Shown piece after piece: positions 49,501 to 60,385 of a stretch of 64,000 nucleotides of DNA; within the stretch, counting starts at the first letter, position 1; every line of letters starts with the position of its first letter. Source of the DNA: Octopus vulgaris (taxonomy: Eukaryota); assembly GCA_951406725.2 (NCBI GenBank), contig OX597832.1:23994001-24058000 (forward strand), read 5' to 3'. Under the pieces are notes generated by a model. It saw nothing but the letters and a program-made list of their open reading frames with translations, did not search any database and was not told where the DNA came from. The position numbers were made by a program, and so were the translations under genes.

Positions 49501-52500
49501 ATCTGGAAAGGCTTTGGAAACAAACGTTTCAGTAATGATTAGATCAGTATTGGTTCTTCAATGTCTACAAACTTTCTGAAGTAATGAGTTCCATCCTGAT
49601 AAGGATTGGTTTTCAAAGAATCTCAATCGCTAGTACTACTGTGCTGAGACAGTAAGAGGCCTACTAATTACAGAAGACTGTCTGTCAGAATAATTCTGCT
49701 GCTTACCGTTTCAATCATTAAATGAGTTTAGCTACATAAGTGTTTAATTAACCTTTTAGCATTTAAACCAGCCGTATCCAGCCTATCACACCAACCTTTC
49801 AATGCCATGGAAATTGTAGTTAAGATACTTGTGCCGGTGACACGTTAAAAGCACCATCTGACTGACGCCTGTATCGGTGACACGTTAAGGCACCAACCAA
49901 TCATAGCTGTTTGCCAGTCTCCTCTGGCCCATGCCGGTGGCACGTAAAAGGCACCCACTACACCCACGGAGTGGTTGGCATTAGGAAGGGCATCCAACTG
50001 TAGAAACACTGCCAGATCCGACTGGTGCCTGGTGCAGTCTCCTGGCTTCCCAGACCCCAGTCAAACCGTCCAACCCATGCTAGCATGGAAAACGGATGTA
50101 AAACGATGATGATGATGATGACATCAACATTTCAAAGCTATCAGATAATGCATGATTAATTAAAAGCAATGTTAATGAAAAAGCATTACATTTGACAAGA
50201 GAAATCTGGAATGCTAAAGAGTTAAAATAACACAGATTAGGATAACTTATAAAAGATGGAAACAGAACATATAGGTAGGTTTATAACATCTTGGACTAAA
50301 ATGAAATTTGGAGAGAAAAGTGAAAAATACTCACTACAAGCATCAGTAATTAGATCAGATAAGAAATCTTCGGAACCGTATTGTTTGCTCATAACAGCAG
50401 AACGAATTACTTTTCTGACGTCTTCCCTGTTTCGTAGATCTTTAACTTGGCCAACAACAAGTTCTAAAAAAGAAAAAAAAAAAAAAAGTGTAAGGTTTAC
50501 TAAAAGATAACAGATTGAAATTACAACCGGCAACACAGACAAGTCTTCAGTAGGTATTTTATGAAAAAACTCAGTTTTGTAAAAAAAAAAAAAAAAAAAA
50601 TGTATAATTTCTTTCTTTCCTTTTTTTTTTTTTAATGAAAATATATGGGAAGCTTTTGCTACAAGTCACTACATCAGATAAAATTTGTAAAAGCAAGAAG
50701 ACAGTAAACCATACCTGGTAAGTATTCTGTAGCTTTAGCATAAGCAATCTCGTAGCCCTCAATTACTTCAGGGACAGACAAACCCTACAAAAAGAGATTG
50801 GAAACTAATTAAGGAAACTATATACAAACATACATAAATGATTACTTATACAATTAATTAAAAAGTAGTGTTTAGAAATCACTTTGGTCCAACGTACCAA
50901 ACAAAACTTAGGATTTAAAAGGAAGATACACTGGAAAATGTGTCCCTAGGAATAAACCTTCACGAAGTACCCACTTATAACAAAGGAATGAGCCACTGAA
51001 TGTTATGTGGGTTTTTAATGGAAAGATATGAAACGTCAACCATTACCATATATTCAAAGACCATGTTTAAGATTTACGGGTATTCAACAATTGAGAAAGC
51101 AAATTCTCAATTAGTTTGTAGTAATCTCTCTTTGCTTTTAAAATTTATAGCTGAAACATCATTTCTTACAACCAACCATTCAACTGTGAAGTTACTGGTA
51201 TTTATATCATCAACCACACATCTACTGTTGTTCACCACTCACTACATTCACTTCCAACCATCACCAATTCTTTGTTCATATTCTCTTATGAGAATATTAT
51301 ACCTGCTTGCACCTTGTTACCACCATCATCTCTACAGCAAGACACCTGTGCTTGCCCCTCTATTACACATCAACTTTCAACAATGGGCAAAAAACCATCT
51401 CACTTTCAGCTGATAGGGCTTTTATGTTTTCTTTCATTTTCTTATAAATTACTTAGCAGTACCCCTCACCATCAAAAAGAAAAGAAAAAAGCCCTACCTA
51501 GTACACAATGCAAAGTGGTTGGCATTAGGAAAGGTATCCAACCATAGAAACCATACCAAAGCAGATATGAGCAAGAAGTCCTGCAGCTCACTGGCTGCTG
51601 CAACCCATCCAATTCATGCCAGCATGGAAAAATGGATATTGAATAATGATTTCTATCGAGTCATCATTTAACTCCAGCTTTCCATACTGGCATGGGTTTG
51701 ACAGTTTGACAGGAGCTGGCAAATCAGAAGAATGTGCCGAGTTCTGCCTGATCCATCATGGTTTTTTTATGGCCGAATGCCCTTTGTAATGCTAACCGCT
51801 TAACAGCGCTCCCCACTTTTCCACTTTTTATGTGGCACCAGCAGTGAGGTCACCAAATAATAGGAACCATCAACTGAAGGATGGAGTAATAGCGAATGCA
51901 TGCAAGCTAAGTATGAAGCTAAGCACCTCGCTCAAGAATAAAACAATGACAATACAAGGGGGGGAAAAACCCTAAACTGTGTGGCTACATAGTCAGTGAA
52001 GAAGCATCATGACTTCAGATATGCCCCTTCAAATTACATGGAGAAAGACAAACCTAATAATCTGAAGGAAAAAAAAAGAAATAAACACACACACAATACA
52101 GTGGAATGAGATTTTGTCAAATTTTCTGGCATACAAAGTACACTTTTATCCAAAACATTTTCCAAAAGTTACCATGCACCTTATATGATGAAGGTCAGGT
52201 TTTGGCTAGACTTGGTCGGTCATGATATTTATTCTACCAATACCACTATCAACACTTACCTCTACCTTGGATTTTCTTTACCTCTTGGATACTTACCATT
52301 GGCTGCACCTCTCTTTCGCGGATCAAAGTGACTTTGCATTGATGTAAAATATAGCCTACTATAAATAGCTTACCAAAAGGTTATCAGTCTAAACTTTCAT
52401 GGTTCCTATACACAAAAATGTACGAGACATTCAGTTAAGGGATTCAAGGGTTAGCTGCAGTTTTCTTTACTTTTTCGTAGATTGGGTCTTTTAAAATTGG

Positions 52501-55500
52501 GGTGTGCTTTACATGCCCCAAAATATGATGTACCTGCTGAAAGAAATTTTCACTTAGAGCCTTACCATGCGAAGTAGTTCTTCGGCGTGTTCGAGGAAGG
52601 AACCAGCCAGAATCAGAACAGCATTTGTACCATCACCACATTCTTGTTCTTGCTGCTGACTAGCCATCACCAGCATCTTGGCAGCTGGATGTTGAACCTG
52701 AAAGATACAAAATATCACTGTAAAACTTGGATAGATTTCAAACTGAATACAGCTAACTGCATAAGGTGACATAGTCTAGACCAGGGCTATTCTTTATTCT
52801 TTTACTTGTTTCAGTCATTTATCTGCAGCCATGCTGGAGCACTGCCTTCAGTCAAATAGATCCCAGTACTTATTCTTTCTAAGCCTAACACTTATTCTAT
52901 CAATCTCTTTTGCCTAACCACTAAGTTACAGGGACATAAACACACCAATATTGGTTGTCAAGCGATAATGGGAGGACAAACACAGACACACACATGACAG
53001 GCTTCTTTCAGTTTCCATCCACCAAATCCACTCATAAGGTCTTGATTGGCCCAAAGCTATAGTAGAAGACACTTGCCATGGTGCCACACAGTGGGACTGA
53101 ACCCAAAACGAAATGGTTGGGAAGCAAGCTTCTTACCACACAACCACTTCATAGAAAGAAAAATTGTAATATTTTGCGTATTGTTGAAGCATAACCAACT
53201 TAAGAGATTTTTGCCAACATAACATGGTAATCCTGGTTTAGGACGAATGTTGCTGTAATTTAGCCCCAGCTGGAGATGATGTCTCCTGGGGCTAAATTAC
53301 AGTAACATTCATCCTAAACCAGGACTGTCATGTTATGTTGGCAAAAATCTTTACTCCAAAGTACTGTTGCTGAATATCTCTTGTTGTGTGATTTAAAAAA
53401 TAGTAATTTTCTAATAACTAACTTAGTTGGCCTGGAACTATAGCAGAAGACACTTGCCTATGTTGCAAAACAATGGGGAGCAAAGGTTCTTAATTACATA
53501 GCTATGACATACACATTGGGTGTTTGAGATTGCACCCGAGAATGTGTCTATATACACACACACACACACTCAGGACTACATTTTCCAAGGTAGGGTGCAA
53601 TTAGAAAGAAATTTGTTTACTATATAATAGGTCATGTACCAATTTGGAGTTCTTTTCCTCTTATCAATAGATGCAAGAGTGGCTGTGTGGTAAGAAGCTT
53701 GCTTCCTAACCACATGGTTCTGGGTTCAGTAACACTGAATGGTACCTTGGGCAAGTGTCTTCTAAAAGCCTTGAGTGGATTTAGTAGACGGAAACTGAAA
53801 GAAGTCCATCACAAACACATATATATTTGTACCCCCCCCCCCTGCTTGACAACTGATGGTATATTTACGTCCCCATAACTTAGTGGTTTCGCAAAAGAAA
53901 CTGATAGAATAAGTACTAGGCTTACAAAGAATAAGTCCTGGAGTTGATTTATTAAACTAAAGGCAGTGCTCCAGCATGGCTGCAGTTAAATGACTAAAAC
54001 AATTAAAAGAAGAGAAGAATATGCCATTCAAGACATAATTACAAAACACCAGAAGAAACACATCTGCACTAATTTCATTAAGCATTTAAGAATATTAATT
54101 TCAAACGTTGTTCTAGAACTTACAGATAACTCGTTAAGAATTGTAGCAGCATCATTGGTGACAAATAGTTTCTCAATGTGGTTAATGATCATTTTATTCT
54201 GACCTGCAAAAGTTAAAAAAAAAAAAAATTTTTTTAATTAAAAAAAAGAAAAGAGGAAAGCTAATAAATATGCAAAATGTGAAATATTAATTAGAATTTG
54301 AAATTTAAATGCTTATTTTTTTTCTCTATCTGATCTCAATTTTCTTAATTAGGTAGGAGGCTTCAAAAGAGGTCTCAGGGATGGCGTCCCAACCTTTCAC
54401 AGCTAGTTTACCACCACATTTCTTAAAAATTATGGTAGGAACTCTGCAACAGGCAAATCAAAGATTACAGAAACATGAACTACAAAACAATACTGTGTAA
54501 GGAATATTTTACCAGAGAAAGAAAAGCAGTACCTATGAGCCCCAAAGCCTTCAAGAATGGAAGACAAAGTTATCCCGCGAGCAAATAATTAACACAAATG
54601 CCCCCAATACCATGTACCAAAAAGCTAGATGGTTATGCAGACCAGAAAGACAATTAGGTCTACCATTCAAATTGACCAGTTCTTTTCAAAGTATAGAGAA
54701 ACTGTATTACATCTTACCATGAGGACCATAAGCAGACCTGGTTGTTTTCGCTATCTCTTTACAAGCATCAATATTTCTATAGATAGCTTCTTCAAGGCCC
54801 ATATAATGCTGTTAAAATAAAATTAAACACAAATTAAGTTCCAGATTATTAATGAACAGGAAAGAAAAACCAATAACTCTGAAAAAACAAAAACGTTTTA
54901 TTAATTTTGAACATCTAAAAATGTATACGGAACTTAGGGATGCAATCTCAATATCAAAATGAACATCTAAATTTAATAAGAAATTGCCAATAAGTCCTTT
55001 CAGTTTATGAAAGTAAGGAATGAATGAAAGCAAAATGGTTATTATAGATTCTATTTATTAGTTTTACACGGTAGTTCTCTACAGCAGCACTCTTAACCCT
55101 TTAGTATTTAAACTGGCCATATCCGGCCAAAAAATTTAATCTGTTTTTGTTCAAACTGACCAGATCCAGGCCCTCACACCTACCCTACAATGTTATTCAA
55201 CATTAAGTAATTACACCATCAAGATCTTGAAGATATGAGATAATGCATGATTAATTCAAATCAATGTGAATCAATAGGCATTATGTTTGAAAGAATAATC
55301 TGAACACTAAAGGGTTAAGTCTTTGTCTTCTGTTGATTTTTACAAAGAAGCTTTTATACAAGTTAAATAAAGATCATTTGTCCTGTTCAGCTCCTTCACA
55401 GGGTTACTTGACACTTGTATATTATTTAAAAATTGCTATTAAAAAAAAAAAAAAAATAAGACAGTGACATTTGATGAACAAGCATGATTCAGTGTAACAG

Positions 55501-58500
55501 TTAAACTTTTCTATTGTGTCTGGGGAGAGTCATTCTCTTTTAGTGCCTTATTATTTAACACACTCACTGATTTGATTTCCACTCGTTTACTCAATTTAAA
55601 AAAAAATTTTTTTGTTGTGTCTTGCAACCTCTTCAATAATCGTCCACTCTGTCCAAGAGTCTACCTATCTATAAACTAGGCTGTTGAGATATACCATATC
55701 TAGAGCGATTAAGTACTTTTTAGGTGTGAACAGTCTTGTAGGAGCAAGCCAGTTGCTGGAAGAAAAAATGAAAAAAAAAAAACCAATGGATTTTTAGCTG
55801 TTTGATCTATAATACCAAGAATCAATTAATGAACAAGAGTTTGCTGCTCAAATTATTTGGTATCACAACTGACTTGCTGAATAATATTCCACAACCCCCA
55901 ACAGCCAAATCAGATGCCAGATCTTCATGCTCAGAAAACAGCACATTTTTTTTTACCTATCATTAATCATCTCTTCCGCGAATATCATCAACATCTTTTA
56001 ACATCAATCTTCCATGCTAGAATGTGTTGGATAGTTTGGTAGGATCTGACAAACACACTCGTAGGTCAGATTTTGACATGACTTCTATGATTGAATGTCC
56101 TTCTCATATTTCATCTAGATATTCAATTTCAGTACTTAGACAGACTTGCACAATTTGCAGTCAAACCTAGAAATGTACCAGCTGCAACCATTTGCAGAAG
56201 TTTCCTCCTTACTGCACCACTCCTAACTTTGCAAAATCTTACAGTCTGGTTACTTAATTTGAATCTTTTGTACATGTTTGTTGCTGTTTAGCCCAAGTCA
56301 GCCTTGACCTCAGTTCTTGAAGATTCTTACCATTAAGCATCCAAAGGCTGCTCTAACACAGTCAAGTTTGTTCTGAATCTTGCCATCAATGTCAGCATCA
56401 TCATCATCGTTGTTTAACGTCCGCTCTCCATGCTAGCATGGGTTGGACGGTTCGACTGGGGTCTGGGAAGCCAGGAGGCTGCACCAGGCCCAGTCTTATC
56501 TGGCAATGTTTCTACAGTTGGATGCCCCTCCTAACGCCAATCGCTCCGTGAGTGTAGTGGGTGCTTTTTACGAGCCACCGGCACGGAAAGTAACATGCCT
56601 CCCGGTAGGGAGAAATATGGTAAGTGGTCAACACTTTTGAGAGCCTCTCTATCTACTGTAAATGAAAGCACTTGAAGGTCAATACACAACAGCTTAGGAT
56701 TGACGTTCAGTCCAAAATAGAAATGCATTTCATCAAATACCTAAAGGATGACTGTCGGATTTACTTACAAGTTTGCAGTAATGTTGGGCGTTAACAAACC
56801 TAGCAGCAATGTGGCCGTTGCCTTAGTCTGTGAAGTTGAAGAGCCTTCTATCAGTTCTATCAGAGACGATTTCAATGCCAGGTAGGTACTGGTCCCTGAT
56901 GAGCTTGCACAATCATGGTGATGACTACAACAATGTAGGTGTCTATGACTTGGAAAGGCTCAGATGGTTGGTTTCTAATTGACAAGGACTTTTGGAGACA
57001 TGTCAACATCAATCTCAGAACAGAAGAAATTAATAAAATAAAAAAGCCATCCTTTCTAAGTGTCTGGAGATTGTCTCCTCCACAACGTTACCCGATTAAA
57101 TCTTTTTTCAAGATGGTGACGTTATCATTTGAGGGAAAACTGCTACAATTGCGAGCAGGTTATTAAATGTTTAAATATAACCATTCATTACTTTTATAAA
57201 AACAAATTAACGCCGTTTTCTTCCCCATTTATTAAATAGCATAAGCAGTTCTAGAAACCCTTCGTTATGCCAACTACTTTAATTTACTTTCAACAAGAAC
57301 ACAAAAGCAATCTCTGCAGCAACTCAGACCCTATGGTCAATACTATGGTCAATATTATAAGTCCTGTAACTTTGAATAAATCAGACGGTTATTCATTCAT
57401 ACAAGTGGGGAAATCGTACAAGCAATCATATCTCCCAAAGAAAGACGAGCTGAACAGGTTAGGTATCATCAAATACTAACCACGTGCAAAGAGTAGACGA
57501 AATGCAAGAACTTAAGCAATTATTAGTAACCACTGTTAATATAAACTCAACATTGGTGATTTTACAACCAATTTTCGAGATATTTGGCATAAAAATTGCT
57601 GCATGTTTCGAAATAAACTGCTTTTATAACAGGCAAGAAAAAGCTAGAACCGAGGCGATGGCTTTTCCCTCAGAAACCCCATAACTTATCTTATAAGATA
57701 TGGGACCGGTCACTTCAGAAAATTTTTAATAAGGGCACGAGAAAAGTTCATCGGCAGTATTATTAAAGGTACTTCATTTTATCGATCCCGGTAAAATTAA
57801 AGAGCAAAACAACCAAGAAAATCGCCGGTCTTTTTCTCTTCTTAGTAATATGTGTATCGTCATTTCACTACACATCTTGTTTTTTGTTTAGGGCAACCCT
57901 GATCGAACAGACCCGCCATAAAAAAGGGTCCCATCCGTAACCACGACAAAGTGTGGTGTGATGTGGCTAGTATTTCTGGCAGGACAAGAGACTATCTAGG
58001 ACCGGGATGGGAAACCCTTTTCAAGAAGCGAGCCGCACGAAACGTAGATCATTAATCAGACGAGCCGCTGTTTGCTCATGAATGATCGAGAAGAACCCTT
58101 GATTTTATATATGTGTATATATATATATATATATATAATATAAATTGGACATGGGCGATCGTTGTATTCTTTCTTGTCTTGAGGTTCACAGCCAAACGGC
58201 TGGGTGGATTCGAGTGAAAAATGGCACACATGTAGAGATGGGTGCATAGATTGGAATGCAGTTTGTATTTTTTCCATATCCCCCAAAGTTACCGAGAAAA
58301 TCGACTCAGGGGACCTTAAACGATAAGGTTGAGAAACACTATAATAGATTATGCCTAACCAAAAACGATCACAGCCACATCATCCAAACAGACCGGGTGA
58401 AACCGGGCTTAGCTGCTAGTATATATATATATGTATTTCTTTACTACCCACAAGGGGCTAAACAAAGAGGGGCAAACAAGGACAAAGGGATTAAGTCGAT

Positions 58501-59569
58501 TACATTGACCCCAGTGCGTAACTGGTACTTATATATATATTTCTATATATATATATACTTTATTTCAAAGCAGCAGAAATTCAACAAAACCTGTTACTCT
58601 GAGTTTCATGTTCCCGTTCGTCGGACAGTTTTTAACAAAGCATATTTACTCTACCCCCTGGTATTTGAGTACTCTTTTTTCCACCTTGTTTCACATTTAT
58701 TAGGCTTACTCCGGTGCATTTATATATATATATATATATATTTCATGTCAGCGAACGTTAGGAAATAAAATAAAATAAAAAGAGAGGGCAAAAATGGCGG
58801 GGAAGGGAGAACCTGGACCAAATATTTTAATATTTTTAACCAAGCATCTTGACATAATGAGTAAATGATGATGGCATTAAACAATATACTGAGATGCTGG
58901 ACTGGTGTTAGAATGCAAAATTTAAAATAAAGTTTTTTTTAGAAAAAATGTGATTCAGCGGTTAAGCAATGCATATGAGATGTAATGCCATGTGGTGCCT
59001 TCCTGATTTCCATGAATGGGTAACTTTACGACCCGCATAAATGACTCAGCAGACAAAATCAAGAACATGTAGTCATCAGATGACATTATTTTAACATTTT
59101 AAAAAGACATATCTATGAATGTAGTAAATAAAAACGGGTACAAATTATAACAGAAACAAGAATAAGAGGCCGCATGGTTCAGATATTAATTATGAGGGAG
59201 GTATTAAGGAGGTATTTTTCATCACGCCCGGCCATTTGGGACGGGGGGGGGAGAAAAAACGGGTTTTATTTAATAAATTAAGGTCTTAACTGGTAATTCA
59301 TTGTCCAAATATGGTTTTGAGTAATAGAGGGGACATTATAGAATAAAATTGTGTTGAGAATTAATTAAAACAATGTGGGTAATTGGGGAAATAAACAAGG
59401 CAAGCATCGTTAATTGGATATTAATTAAGGATTGCTCACATGGTCTTTTTTAAAGTTTGAGCGTGAAATTTTTAAGTAAAAACCCTCGAAAATTAACTCG
59501 TGAACTTACCCTGGCACCCTCTTTTAACATCGACGAGAAGCCGGGTGCTTTTGGTACGTGTAGTGCCAT
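33439..59569 (-). CDS. CCT8: T-complex protein 1 subunit theta, whole gene span, 17 coding exons, 1632 nt / 543 aa
   Basis: All introns GT-AG and phases consistent. MALHVPKAPGF start, TNDAATIL, GDGTN, FNVDNVRVCKIL, VAGAGAVEIELA, VDQIIMAKPAGGP...DWDED*. Confidence 0.97.
34851..34967 (-). CDS. CCT8: CCT8 exon 16
   Basis: DVGGVMDS...ACTVLNVDQ|gtaag. Confidence 0.93.
36737..36808 (-). CDS. CCT8: CCT8 exon 15
   Basis: SREVLSKLYASHQEGKQNVGVNIE|gtgag. Confidence 0.93.
36965..37057 (-). CDS. CCT8: CCT8 exon 14
   Basis: SIPGLEQYAIKKYAQSLEVLPQSLAENTGAK|gtaag. Confidence 0.95.
38183..38266 (-). ncRNA. Box C/D snoRNA candidate, copy 1 (3'-most in the transcript)
   Basis: C ATGATGA (38248-38242), D' CTGA, C' ATGGAGA, D CTGA (38199-38196); ctgttgc/gcaacag stem. 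Confidence 0.75.
38579..38662 (-). ncRNA. Box C/D snoRNA candidate, copy 2
   Basis: C 38644-38638, D 38595-38592; stem has one G-U substitution. Confidence 0.75.
39202..39285 (-). ncRNA. Box C/D snoRNA candidate, copy 3
   Basis: C 39267-39261, D 39218-39215. Confidence 0.78.
39876..39959 (-). ncRNA. Box C/D snoRNA candidate, copy 4
   Basis: C 39941-39935, D 39892-39889. Confidence 0.78.
40512..40595 (-). ncRNA. Box C/D snoRNA candidate, copy 5
   Basis: C 40577-40571, D 40528-40525. Confidence 0.78.
40928..41085 (+). mobile_element. Family C retroposon fragment within the array
   Basis: Match to 15775-15940. Confidence 0.75.
41662..41745 (-). ncRNA. Box C/D snoRNA candidate, copy 6
   Basis: C 41727-41721, D 41678-41675. 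Confidence 0.78.
42127..42375 (-). mobile_element. Family C retroposon inserted into an array spacer
   Basis: Interrupts the unit between catgatacacacacat and aaaatcatatattcac. Confidence 0.8.
42587..42670 (-). ncRNA. Box C/D snoRNA candidate, copy 7 (5'-most in the transcript)
   Basis: C 42652-42646, D 42603-42600. Confidence 0.78.
42745..43137 (-). mobile_element. SINE family A
   Basis: Full reverse-complement copy bounding the array. Confidence 0.8.
43202..43273 (-). CDS. CCT8: CCT8 exon 13
   Basis: DSRLVAGAGAVEIELAKRITTFGE|gtaag. Confidence 0.95.
44010..44230. mobile_element. TTAA-flanked MITE, second family
   Basis: ttaa|ccctttcgttac...gtaacgaaaggg|ttaa; relatives at ~30784-30985 and ~35270-35481. 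Confidence 0.75.
44356..44471 (-). CDS. CCT8: CCT8 exon 12
   Basis: EKDDTAISTIVVRGSSDNIVDDIERCIDDGVNTFKAMTK|gtaag. Confidence 0.95.
44580..44667 (-). CDS. CCT8: CCT8 exon 11
   Basis: TVPTTEEMGFCDHVYVDEIGETAVVIFKQ|gtgag. Confidence 0.95.
44798..45195 (-). mobile_element. SINE family A
   Basis: Full reverse-complement copy. Confidence 0.8.
46632..46805 (-). CDS. CCT8: CCT8 exon 10
   Basis: HIQTIADSGVNVIVTGGKV...SKFDLRRL...LPKI|gtaag. Confidence 0.95.
46919..46990 (-). CDS. CCT8: CCT8 exon 9
   Basis: GTVLIKTAEELLNFSKGEEDQMEK|gtgag. Confidence 0.95.
47240..47488 (+). mobile_element. Family C retroposon
   Basis: Match to other copies. Confidence 0.75.
48212..48349 (-). CDS. CCT8: CCT8 exon 8
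   Basis: GCSMMNSSVLQGMVFKR...YSCPLDSLQTETK|gtaag. Confidence 0.95.
48577..48638 (-). CDS. CCT8: CCT8 exon 7
   Basis: IGILSMKNTFNVDNVRVCKIL|gtaag. Confidence 0.95.
49050..49415 (+). mobile_element. 5'-truncated CR1/L2-group LINE 3' end
   Basis: LRGHSEKL...FSVRVADLWNKLPDEIV...FKVSLD is the typical CR1-group ORF2 C-terminus; then aataaa and an (attga)n-like tail. Confidence 0.75.
50335..50463 (-). CDS. CCT8: CCT8 exon 6
   Basis: ELVVGQVKDLR...AVMSKQYGSEDFLSDLITDAC|gtgag. Confidence 0.95.
50715..50784 (-). CDS. CCT8: CCT8 exon 5
   Basis: GLSVPEVIEGYEIAYAKATEYLP|gtatg. Confidence 0.93.
52566..52697 (-). CDS. CCT8: CCT8 exon 4
   Basis: VQHPAAKMLVMASQQQEQECGDGTN...EELLRM|gtaag. Confidence 0.95.
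53205..53350. repeat. Long inverted repeat (65-bp arms, 16-nt loop) in CCT8 intron 3
   Basis: 53205-53269 vs 53286-53350, 5 differences. Confidence 0.9.
54124..54203 (-). CDS. CCT8: CCT8 exon 3
   Basis: GQNKMIINHIEKLFVTNDAATILNELS|gtaag. Confidence 0.95.
54718..54808 (-). CDS. CCT8: CCT8 exon 2
   Basis: HYMGLEEAIYRNIDACKEIAKTTRSAYGPH|gtaag. Confidence 0.95.
55097..55314. mobile_element. TTAA-flanked MITE
   Basis: Near-identical to 7951-8169. Confidence 0.75.
58130..58419 (+). mobile_element. Non-autonomous Helitron-like element
   Basis: 3' hairpin ccgggtgaaaccggg followed by CTAG|t; 5' end buried in a TA repeat. Confidence 0.5.
58947..59087 (-). ncRNA. Box C/D snoRNA candidate in CCT8 intron 1
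   Basis: cTGATGA (59079-59073), internal CTGA, terminal CTGA (58958-58955), closed by aatgtcat/atcacatt (7 of 8 bp). Confidence 0.4.
59510..59569 (-). CDS. CCT8: CCT8 exon 1
   Basis: caccATGG context; MALHVPKAPGFSSMLKEGAR|gtaagt. Confidence 0.96.
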
Positions 59570-60305
59570 GGTGAGAGGGAAATAATTGCGAAGAGTCGAA
59601 GAATTTCGGAGAGAGAGAAATGTTCGGATAAAATGAAGGAAAAAATGATTTAATACAGAATATTCGTGAAGCGGCGACGGAAAGTAACGATGTTTAACGA
59701 AGTTGGGTTACGGAAGGATACGGAAATTGACGTAGCGAATGTTGGGTTTACGGTAGTTTCCGTGTATTGCAATAGACGCTGTTGAGAGAATGGTTGTTTT
59801 TACGTCAAACTAACGCGACAGGATCTCGTACGAAGTCTCGTTGGAATATATTTTTGTCTTGTTTCTTGTTGTTTTCTGTTTTTTTTCTTCTTCTTCTTTT
59901 AACGTTTATTCTTAATGTTTATTTGCGGAAAATTAGTTGAGAGTTTTTAACGTGAAGGAGGAAAAATTTTTAACTTTTGCTAACGAATTTTTTTTTTTTA
60001 GCAAAATTAAAACCACCCCCGAAAAAAAAACAAAACAAACAAACAAAAAACTGCTGCTGCTGAGGAAAAAAAATAACAACAAAAACAATCAATTACAATA
60101 AGCTCACACACACACACACATATACACACACATACATACGTATACGTACAGCAGCGCACACACACTCACGCATACGTAGATACATACGCGTACGTATACG
60201 CATACGCACACAGACACACTCACACATACAGAGTGTTGTTGTTTTGTCATTTCTAAGCTAGCTCGCTTGAAAGAAAGGAGAGAAAACATCGGTTCGTATT
60301 GGAAT
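59570..60305. promoter_or_regulatory. Bidirectional promoter and 5'UTRs of CCT8 and MACO1
   Basis: Only 736 bp between the divergent ATGs; CpG-rich; clustered CGGAA motifs and TGACGT-like sites. Confidence 0.7.
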
Positions 60306-60385
60306 ATGAAGAGACGGAATGCCGAGAGTGGCAAACTGCGGCGCCCGGTGAAGCGCAGCAAAATAACTGATAGCATTTACGGAAG
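60306..60385 (+). CDS. MACO1: Macoilin (TMEM57) coding exon 1; no further exons recognised in the window
   Basis: MKRRNAESGKLRRPVKRSKITDSIYG(S)|gtaag matches the macoilin N-terminus MKRRNADCSKLRRPLKRNRITEGIYGS as recalled. Confidence 0.88.

Noticed and set aside
55905-55972. CTGA-ATGAAGA-CTGA motif in CCT8 intron 1
   Set aside because: No credible box C or stem, and the guide is too short.
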